49,188 bases of DNA. Origin: a virus (taxonomy: Duplodnaviria > Caudoviricetes). The stretch covers positions 1 to 49,188 of IMG/VR virus record IMGVR_UViG_3300048852_000108. The stretch is one strand, 5' to 3'. The notes under the pieces were generated by a model. That model worked only from the letters and a program-made list of their open reading frames with translations, had not been told where the DNA came from and ran no database searches. The translations under genes and the position numbers were made by a program. Positions 42,846-49,188 of the stretch are shown here, piece by piece (the stretch's first letter is position 1; each line of letters opens with the position of its first letter).

Positions 42846-43175
42846 ATGCGAGTCGGTGCCGATCTACGAACCAAGGCTTTGTTAGCGCTTGAGGAAGTCA
42901 CTCACGATTGCCGGTTTCGGGTGCCGGAGCGGACATTCCTCGTGCGCTTCACGCTCGCGTGGCTATTCTCAATAAGCCGCACCCGCGACCCCGAACCCTT
43001 CCTCGAGTTCTGGCGGGCCATCGCCGGCGACAACGAGCTCTTCCGCTTCAGCAAGGCCGACCTGGCGCTTAGCAAAATCTACTTGGACGTGGGCGCGAAG
43101 CGAGACGACGAGGCCAGCAGGGCGATGTGGCTCGTGGCTCAACACCAGCACGAGAAACGAACCGGGCGGCGCTGA
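42846..43175 (+). CDS. Putative SOS-regulated hypothetical protein
   Basis: ORF directly after a LexA box. Confidence 0.7.
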   Translation: MRVGADLRTKALLALEEVTHDCRFRVPERTFLVRFTLAWLFSISRTRDPEPFLEFWRAIAGDNELFRFSKADLALSKIYLDVGAKRDDEASRAMWLVAQHQHEKRTGRR

Positions 43176-43276
43176 TGGCGCGCTGGAACGAAAGCGGCGG
43201 CCGCATCGTCACCACGATCTTTGCGCGACCCCGTCGGGCCGCTCCATTTTGAGCCGAGCACTCGTGTGCGCAGCCC

Positions 43277-43471
43277 TTAGTTCCGCGAGGGTTCGTACGC
43301 AGTGGCAGCGACGTTATGGACGTCCGTGGAAGCGTAAGCGGCGGCGCCAACGTTCTCGTTGGAGCTGGTCGAAAGCATGTTCGCGTGGGTCTGTGCGGCG
43401 GGCGCCAGCAGGATGGTCGCGCTCATCGCCACGATGCCCAATAGGACCATCGCTATTCCCGTTTTCTTCAT
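43277..43471 (-). CDS. Small signal-peptide protein, possibly truncated
   Basis: MKK plus hydrophobic helix; G-rich RBS. Confidence 0.45.
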   Translation of the reverse strand: MKKTGIAMVLLGIVAMSATILLAPAAQTHANMLSTSSNENVGAAAYASTDVHNVAATAYEPSRN

Positions 43472-43657
43472 TGTGCCCCCCCCCTGGAGCGATCGGTGCC
43501 CGCCTGCCCCCATTGCCGCGGACTTCGACCAATCATTGATGGGTCATAGGCTCGGCGCCGCGCGGCCGGCAAGCTCTTGAATGACACCTGCTAACGCTCG
43601 CGCCGTCCTCATTCGGAACGCTACTGCCCAGACACAAACGTCTGCCCGACTCGTGAT

Positions 43658-43672
43658 GTTCTCGCCATGTTC
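43658..43672 (+). promoter_or_regulatory. Alphaproteobacterial LexA box
   Basis: GTTC-TCGCCAT-GTTC, 5 nt before ATG 43678. Confidence 0.78.
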
Positions 43673-43677
43673 CGAAG

Positions 43678-43934
43678 ATGCCGAACCCCTCCCTTTCGGG
43701 CCGCAGGCAAGATAACACGTCGCTGGATGAGGTTGTCGGCTTCGCCACCCATGTGGTGATCCGCTGCCGACCGCCGACCTTCGCTAAGCCGTGCAGCCGG
43801 GAGGTCATCTGGCGCACCGAAGAGCTGTACGCGAAGCTGCCGCACTGCCGGACGTATCTCCAGTTCAAGGAGCGGCTCTACTGCTCTCGGTGCAAGCGGC
43901 GCGGCTGGTTGCAATTCAACCGGCCGGGCGTTGA
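43678..43934 (+). CDS. SOS-regulated zinc-ribbon protein; 3' end apparently frameshifted (ORF reads on to 44481)
   Basis: IRC...PC and LYCSRC motifs; out-of-frame TGA at 43932 just before the SRAP stop. Confidence 0.55.
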
Positions 43935-43941
43935 GCATCCA

Positions 43942-44595
43942 TCAGGCCTTGAGCGGTGCCGGCTTGTCCCTCGTCGGGAATACCGGGCCGCGCACGGACA
44001 TCCGTTCGCTGGGATAGGGCCGCTGCAACGCGACGACGTCTTCATAGCTGCCGCGCAGCCAGAACTCCCAATCCTGTTCCTCGAGGATCGTCACCATCGC
44101 CTTGGGATGGATCGGCTCGACGAGTTCATTGGCATCGCAGGTCACCATCGTGAAGCCCGCGCCCTTGGCCGTCTGCTGCCAGAACCCGGCGACGGCGAAC
44201 AGCGGCTGGTCGGTGACCTGGAACCACATCTCGCCCTTCACGGGCCGCCTGCCGTCGCCACGGTCGATCGGGTCCGGAGTCCACTCGCAGAACTCCGTCA
44301 GGGGGATCAGGCAGCGGTTCTCGGACTTCTCCGCAAGACGCTTCCACTGCGGCAGACCAAGCTTGCGGACGTTTGTCATGGGCCATGCCGCCTGGCCGCC
44401 CAGCACGTCCCAGGACATGACGTCGAGGCCCCGGCCGCGATCGTTCTCCCGGACGACATAGGCCCGGCCCCGCGGCACTAGCTCAGCCGGGTTAAAACGA
44501 TTGTCCATCGGCTTGTCGGCCAGCCAGTTCACGCCAAACCGTTCGACCAGCGTCTTGGGCTCGGGAGCGGCCTTGTTGCGGGCGCGGTTGCACAT
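43942..44595 (-). CDS. SRAP (YedK/HMCES-family) abasic-site protein
   Basis: Met-Cys start; TNVR, RCLIP..F.EW, FAVAG.W and PIH.KAM..IL motifs. Confidence 0.9.
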   Translation of the reverse strand: MCNRARNKAAPEPKTLVERFGVNWLADKPMDNRFNPAELVPRGRAYVVRENDRGRGLDVMSWDVLGGQAAWPMTNVRKLGLPQWKRLAEKSENRCLIPLTEFCEWTPDPIDRGDGRRPVKGEMWFQVTDQPLFAVAGFWQQTAKGAGFTMVTCDANELVEPIHPKAMVTILEEQDWEFWLRGSYEDVVALQRPYPSERMSVRGPVFPTRDKPAPLKA

Positions 44596-44596
44596 C

Positions 44597-44968
44597 TCAG
44601 CTGTCCTCCCATGCCTTGCGCAGCGCATCGGGGATCGGGTTATCGGCCAGCATGCGATGGATCGTATAGACCCCGGTCTCGGTCTCTTCGGCGCGGTATC
44701 GGCTCATGTGCCGCAGGATATGCGCTGCAACCGTCTCTGCACCAGCACGGCGCTTCCCGGGCGTCTTGAGGTTGGTGTCGGCGGCGAGCATCACCGCAGC
44801 GGCGCGAGCCAGGATGTCGATAAAGTCGTCCGCGAGCGGCGCGTCCGCGATCGACGCCGTCCGCTCCATCACGAATATGGTCTGCGCCACGAGCTGGCCG
44901 GCCATGGCCTCCTTGTCCTCGTCGCTCAGGAAGAATTGGGGCGTCCGGGCCCGTTGCGTACCAGCCAA
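44597..44968 (-). CDS. Hypothetical protein in an operon with SRAP
   Basis: GGAGG RBS before TTG; stop 1 nt before the SRAP start. Confidence 0.7.
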   Translation of the reverse strand: MAGTQRARTPQFFLSDEDKEAMAGQLVAQTIFVMERTASIADAPLADDFIDILARAAAVMLAADTNLKTPGKRRAGAETVAAHILRHMSRYRAEETETGVYTIHRMLADNPIPDALRKAWEDS

Positions 44969-44992
44969 GGCTTGCCTCCTCGATTCGCGTCT

Positions 44993-45007
44993 GTTCTTCT
45001 ATTGTTC
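44993..45007. promoter_or_regulatory. Alphaproteobacterial LexA box in a divergent intergenic region
   Basis: GTTC-TTCTATT-GTTC, overlapping a TATAAT at 45008. Confidence 0.75.
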
Positions 45008-45061
45008 TATAATCAGCATCGAGTCGAGTCGGGGTGGTTCCCGGCCGAAGGATGCGAGACG

Positions 45062-45559
45062 ATGATGCTGGAACTGATTGGCGGCCGGATGAATGCCGAG
45101 CCGGATTGGGCGCTTAGCGTAGCCGAGTTGGAGAGCCTTGGACTGGCGACCTCAGAGGCGAAGTCTGTAGTTGGGTTGCCCCCTGGCTTCGTTCTGGGCG
45201 GGCGCTGGGTCATGCTCATCGACGATGAGCCATATGATGCGAAGACCGCTCGAGTGATCGAAATCGGTGGCGACGAGGCGAGATGCAGCCGCGGCCCGCG
45301 CGGCACCGTTTCGCGTCTCCGAAAGAAGGCGTTGATCCGGTTCCCCGCAAAGTCGGCCGGCGGTGATGACGAATGCATCGCGGTACGCTCGGTGCAAGCC
45401 GGCGACTTCCTGATGGGGACGGTCTATTATGGGCGTGACCTACCCGAAGGCGATCCGTCGCGCCTCTGGGACGATGCCGAGGCCGAGGATCGGCTGGATG
45501 AACTTCCGATAGCCATGCCGGTATGGCTCTACCGCGAGGATTCGATGGAAGCGCTGTAG
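45062..45559 (+). CDS. Hypothetical protein
   Basis: ORF after the LexA box/TATAAT; start uncertain (45062, 45065 or 45089). Confidence 0.6.
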   Translation: MMLELIGGRMNAEPDWALSVAELESLGLATSEAKSVVGLPPGFVLGGRWVMLIDDEPYDAKTARVIEIGGDEARCSRGPRGTVSRLRKKALIRFPAKSAGGDDECIAVRSVQAGDFLMGTVYYGRDLPEGDPSRLWDDAEAEDRLDELPIAMPVWLYREDSMEAL

Positions 45560-45566
45560 GCATCGA

Positions 45567-45764
45567 TCAGAACTCAACCTCGCGGCGATCGAGCTCAACG
45601 GCCAGAAGGTCGGCGACGGGGTTGCCCCTGGCGCCGTCGGTCACCTGATATAGAGCTAGCAGCTCGTCGTCGGTCGATAGCTGGAAGATCACCCGCACGG
45701 CTGCCCGGGCTCCGTTCTCGGTCAGCGCCATAGCGAGGCGGTCGAGCGTGGGGTTCTCGTCCAT
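45567..45764 (-). CDS. Small hypothetical protein
   Basis: 65-aa helical ORF. Confidence 0.55.
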   Translation of the reverse strand: MDENPTLDRLAMALTENGARAAVRVIFQLSTDDELLALYQVTDGARGNPVADLLAVELDRREVEF

Positions 45765-45929
45765 ACCAGCAGCGTGTCATATGCGGGGCACGGCTGCAAT
45801 CAGATCGGCCGAAGTCGCTCGCACCGATGCTCCAGCAGTTGGGCTAGATCCCGGCAGTCGATCCACGCCCCGCACTCGGGGCATTGCTCGAAATTCTCGG
45901 CTTCGTCCTCAGGCTCTGGCCCCTGTATC

Positions 45930-46163
45930 TCACCCGGCAACATAAGGATGTTCCTCCCTCACGATCTCTACTGCCTTCTCGATCGCCTCGAGATCGCGCT
46001 TGCTGCCCTTGGGGCTTATCCGCCAGTTGCACCGGACATTGCTGTGCGTGGGCAGCTTCTTGACAGGTCCAACCGCCTCAAGCCAGTGTTCGTGGCTATT
46101 CCCCGCTGCTCCGGTCAACAGCGTCGCCATCAGGTCGCGCATCTGTTTCGGGCTTAGCGTCAT
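45930..46163 (-). CDS. Small hypothetical protein
   Basis: 77-aa ORF with CNW motif. Confidence 0.6.
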   Translation of the reverse strand: MTLSPKQMRDLMATLLTGAAGNSHEHWLEAVGPVKKLPTHSNVRCNWRISPKGSKRDLEAIEKAVEIVREEHPYVAG

Positions 46164-46212
46164 GTGTGGTGCGACTAATGGGCCGCGAGTCGGGTTCCAT
46201 TAGGCCGGGTCG

Positions 46213-46794
46213 CTAAAGGCGTACGACCGCCTGAAGCAACGAGATCAGCAAGTAAATCGCGGTGACAGCTCCGAGAAGCATAATCACGGCGAGAATGACA
46301 TTGAGCCAGCCAGGGAACGTGCGCTGCAGCGTCATGCTGACCGGCTTGCCGACACAATCATCTGATCGGACAGCAGTGACAAGCGGTGGCTCCATATTAA
46401 GGGCGAGGATTTCCAGGAGAACGCTTTCACCAGGAGCCAAGCTCTCGAACCGGATAGTGTATCGATCGTCCGCGCTGCTGACCTCAGTGTAAGCCCTGGG
46501 CTCCCAGACGCTGAGTGCCCGCGGCTTAAAATTATAGGTCACTTCAACGGCCTTCGCAGGCTGCAGCCCCCAATTGGCGACGGTGAGGGAGCGCGTTTGG
46601 AGCAACTGCTTTTCGAGGATCGTCGATCCGTCAGCGCCGATCAGGGGCTCTTTGATTACGAGTCGTGCCGCGTGGCCAAAGCTATATCTGAGCTTGGGGC
46701 GTAGCCGCGAGACACGGTTCGCTATGACGCTCAAGACGATAGTTACGACGCTCCAGAGTTCCTTCTGATGTTCGGCTAAGATCGTGCTGAGCAT
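46213..46794 (-). CDS. Two-TM membrane protein (lower-GC moron)
   Basis: N- and C-terminal hydrophobic helices around a beta-rich domain; GGAAGG RBS. Confidence 0.7.
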   Translation of the reverse strand: MLSTILAEHQKELWSVVTIVLSVIANRVSRLRPKLRYSFGHAARLVIKEPLIGADGSTILEKQLLQTRSLTVANWGLQPAKAVEVTYNFKPRALSVWEPRAYTEVSSADDRYTIRFESLAPGESVLLEILALNMEPPLVTAVRSDDCVGKPVSMTLQRTFPGWLNVILAVIMLLGAVTAIYLLISLLQAVVRL

Positions 46795-46839
46795 AGAATA
46801 CCTTCCCCGCAGGAAGTGTCAGTCGCTCAGGTCAATTGG

Positions 46840-48084
46840 TCAAGCGGGGTCGAATAGCGGCCCGGCGTCCAACTGCCGCACCGCCCTCCCCGTCGCCCGC
46901 TCCGAGATGCTGTCTCCGCACCGGACCCTGATGTCCGCGACATAGTCGTCCTCGCGCTCGATTAGCAGGGCGCTTAGCCCCTCCACGACTGCGGCGGTGC
47001 CGGTCGTCCCGGTGCCGGCAAAGCAGTCCAGCACCACCCCCTCGGGCGGCGTCACCAGCCGGCAGAGCCAGCGCATCAGTGCGATCGGCTTTACCGTCGG
47101 GTGCGAGGTCAGCGTGTCGTGGCCGCACTTCGGCTTGCCCAGTTGGTGCGCGCCGCATGAGGTGCAGCGATAGACGCGCTCGCCGTCGGTGGCCTTAGCG
47201 CTGTAGAAGAAGCGCGCTGCGGTACCGCTGTCGCCTTGAAAGGTGCTCCCCTCCTCGTCGACATCGCCCTTGAACGCGCCATAGGTGTTGCGGAACTTGT
47301 CGCCATTGCGGCGATGGACCGGAGCAGCCGCACCGCGCTCGCCAAACTCGGCGAAGGCGTCGAGCACCTCAGCGCTGCCATCGTGGACGACGTTCGCGGG
47401 CCAGCGACCAGGCTTAGCCTCACCATGATAGACCTCGTTCTCCTTCCAGTTGTCGGTGGCGTTGACGGTTGCCCCGGGCGCGAGCCGCCTCACAGTGTAA
47501 GTCCCGCCCCGCGCATCATCGGCGTGAATTCGGCACCGATCGATATTCAGCGCGCCGGTCCCGAACATCGCCATATTCGCCGCCACGCTGCCGATGATCG
47601 GTTTCCGCGCCAGCACGATCGGCTCCTTCGCCGGCTTCAAGTCGGTGCCCCAGCCATCGAACTCGCCATCGAGGTTGTGCGATTTCGGGAAGCCGGTGCC
47701 GTACATCCAGTCGATCATGTTGCGGATCTCGAATCCTGCATCTTCGATCGCGCACGCCATTCGGTGATAGGTCCGGCAGTGCGAGAAGGCGATCAGGTGA
47801 CCGCCGGGGTGCAGGAGATCGAACACCAGCCGCCATGTCTCGGGCCGGAAAGCGATGTCTCCCCCATCCCACTTCTGCCCCATGAAACCGCTGCTCGATC
47901 GAGCGTAGACCCCGGTGGCGCCGGATTGGATCGGTGCCGAGTTCGGGGAGCCCAGCCGGTCAACGATGCTGGTCAGGTGATAGGGAGCGTCGGTCACCGC
48001 GGAGTGGACACGAACGCCCTCAGCGTGTAGGCGCTTCATCACTTCGAGGCAGTCGCCGTGCTCGAGGCGGATTGCCGCCTTCAC
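46840..48084 (-). CDS. DNA methyltransferase (N6/N4, beta class)
   Basis: GDCL, TDAPY (DPPY variant), HPTVKP and VLDCFAGTGTT motifs. Confidence 0.9.
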   Translation of the reverse strand: MKAAIRLEHGDCLEVMKRLHAEGVRVHSAVTDAPYHLTSIVDRLGSPNSAPIQSGATGVYARSSSGFMGQKWDGGDIAFRPETWRLVFDLLHPGGHLIAFSHCRTYHRMACAIEDAGFEIRNMIDWMYGTGFPKSHNLDGEFDGWGTDLKPAKEPIVLARKPIIGSVAANMAMFGTGALNIDRCRIHADDARGGTYTVRRLAPGATVNATDNWKENEVYHGEAKPGRWPANVVHDGSAEVLDAFAEFGERGAAAPVHRRNGDKFRNTYGAFKGDVDEEGSTFQGDSGTAARFFYSAKATDGERVYRCTSCGAHQLGKPKCGHDTLTSHPTVKPIALMRWLCRLVTPPEGVVLDCFAGTGTTGTAAVVEGLSALLIEREDDYVADIRVRCGDSISERATGRAVRQLDAGPLFDPA

Positions 48085-48269
48085 TGGCTCGCCTCCACGA
48101 TAACCACCACGCCATTCCGCCCGCGCCGATCCAGCGCAGCGAGCGCATGGTTGAGCGCCTCGCCGGCATCGGGAGCCGAGTTGCGGGTGGCGGTCGGGCT
48201 GAGCGACCACTGCCAGGTTTTGGAGAGCTGCCAGAGATGGACCCTCGGGCGGGTGTCGGCGCGGGTCAT
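48081..48269 (-). CDS. Small hypothetical protein
   Basis: Coupled on both sides. Confidence 0.5.
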   Translation of the reverse strand: MTRADTRPRVHLWQLSKTWQWSLSPTATRNSAPDAGEALNHALAALDRRGRNGVVVIVEASQ

Positions 48270-48928
48270 GCTGCACCGGCCTTCCGCTTCTCGTGAACGG
48301 CATGCTCCAGCTTCGCGATCGCCATGACGACGGGCTTAACCTCAGGCTCGGCCTGATCGTACGCGAGCCGCTTCTTGTGACGCCCGCCGTTCAGTCGCGC
48401 GAGCACCCCCCGCGGGATCGCCTCCCAATTGCTCGGGTCAGTGTTGAGCCGGTTGCCGTCCAAGCACTTGAGCGCAAAGCCCTCGGGGATCGGACCATTG
48501 ACCGCCTCCCACTCGATGCGCTGCACCAGTTGCCAGCGAGACTGCATCGGAAGGCCATCGTGGATCTTGCGTTCTCGATAGCCGTCCTCGGTGATGCGCT
48601 CGGTGCCGATCGGCTGGTAGTTCAACGCGGCCTTGCCGGTGCGGCCGCCCTTCTTGAACTGGGTCTTGCGGGCATTCGGATGCCGCCCACCGGTGCCCGG
48701 CGGGCACGGCTTGCCCTTGTTCGACGGCTCATGGCCCTTGGCGAAGCAACCGGTGCGCCCAGTGCGCCATCCGTTGCGCTTGCGGAAGGCATGGAGATTG
48801 CCGGCTGACACATCCGAGCGGCCGAATTGGGCGCAGAAGGCAGCGTGGTACTCGCCGATAACCAAGGCGGCATTGGCTTCTAGCCATGCTCGCTCTTCGG
48901 CGCTGTAGCTGATCCAGTGACCCTTCAT
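48266..48928 (-). CDS. HNH_3-type endonuclease-like protein
   Basis: F.KG..P.NKG, PIGTER...DGY and WE..NGPIP.G...DGN..N...N motifs. Confidence 0.8.
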   Translation of the reverse strand: MKGHWISYSAEERAWLEANAALVIGEYHAAFCAQFGRSDVSAGNLHAFRKRNGWRTGRTGCFAKGHEPSNKGKPCPPGTGGRHPNARKTQFKKGGRTGKAALNYQPIGTERITEDGYRERKIHDGLPMQSRWQLVQRIEWEAVNGPIPEGFALKCLDGNRLNTDPSNWEAIPRGVLARLNGGRHKKRLAYDQAEPEVKPVVMAIAKLEHAVHEKRKAGAA

Positions 48929-49188
48929 TGCGTCGGCCCGATCTTCTTGAGTTCGGGAGCCGGCGCGATGTTCGCGAGGTGCGGAGCGAAGTGGTACCCA
49001 TGGCCCGCGAGCAACGTGGCCGCCTTCAGCTGCAGATCCGCATTCTTCACGATCTGCTCGGCGACCGCCACGATGGCGTCGGCGCGCTTGGCTTCCTTCT
49101 CGATCTGCTCGTCCGAGAGTTCCTCGTCGCCGAGGCGCTCCAGCTGCATGAATAGATGATCGTTCAGGTCTGCGAGCTTGTTCTTCAT
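48925..49188 (-). CDS. Conserved phage protein (MKNKL.DLN.HLF.QLERL)
   Basis: Recognisable N-terminal motif, usually paired with this HNH-like gene. Confidence 0.8.
   Translation of the reverse strand: MKNKLADLNDHLFMQLERLGDEELSDEQIEKEAKRADAIVAVAEQIVKNADLQLKAATLLAGHGYHFAPHLANIAPAPELKKIGPTQ

Larger units (their letters stand above)
1..49188. mobile_element. Temperate-type siphovirus genome, apparently complete and circularly permuted; alphaproteobacterial host
   Basis: All lambdoid modules are present. The window starts and ends with TCAT, which would form an ATGA stop/start overlap joining gene 1..570 to gene 48925..49188. Alpha-type LexA boxes are present. Confidence 0.9.

Noticed and set aside
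44501-45061. N-terminal half of the 352-aa ORF 44501..45559
   Set aside because: It overlaps two minus-strand genes and a LexA box; only the part from about 45062 looks coding
43185-46200. EcfG/SigT-type GGAAC promoters (near 43185, 43615 and 46198)
   Set aside because: The -10 element or spacing does not match GGAAC-N16/17-CGTT well enough
42809-46840. dif-like site for XerCD-mediated integration
   Set aside because: No CATAA-N6-TTATG-like arrangement found by eye; a formal scan with the host dif is still needed

Overview
The window looks like a complete, circularly permuted genome (about 49.18 kb) of a high-GC lambdoid siphovirus of an Alphaproteobacterium. A Sphingomonadaceae host is likely but is an inference. 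Gene order: leftward early arm (ASCH-like, Lar, RecT), which continues across the window ends into HNH and DNA-methyltransferase genes; immunity region (cI/cro with five TGTGCA-N5-TGCACA-type operators); CII-like, GapR-like, RuvC-like, DnaB and DUF1376 replication genes; terminase, portal, head and tail genes; tailspike; a surface-modification cassette (acyltransferase plus FkbM); lysis genes; and an SOS (LexA-box) cassette containing SRAP. Highlights: (1) the portal is fused through an acidic linker with Asp-Ala motifs to an Acb1-like 2H-phosphoesterase, a possible protease-released, virion-delivered anti-CBASS enzyme; (2) seven copies of CTGACGGCGGTAAY have an invariant A 34 nt downstream and often an ATG without Shine-Dalgarno (SD) 45-46 nt downstream, defining a probable late-promoter class; (3) the lysogeny switch is complete, yet no integrase, partition or protelomerase gene is recognisable; (4) a CCC-TGA +1 frameshift would join a split FN3 domain in the tail tip; (5) LexA boxes are paired with GANTC sites; (6) there is a type I toxin-like transcript, a tRNA-Gln and a frameshifted lipoprotein. 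All product calls come from recognising motifs by eye; no database searches were run.
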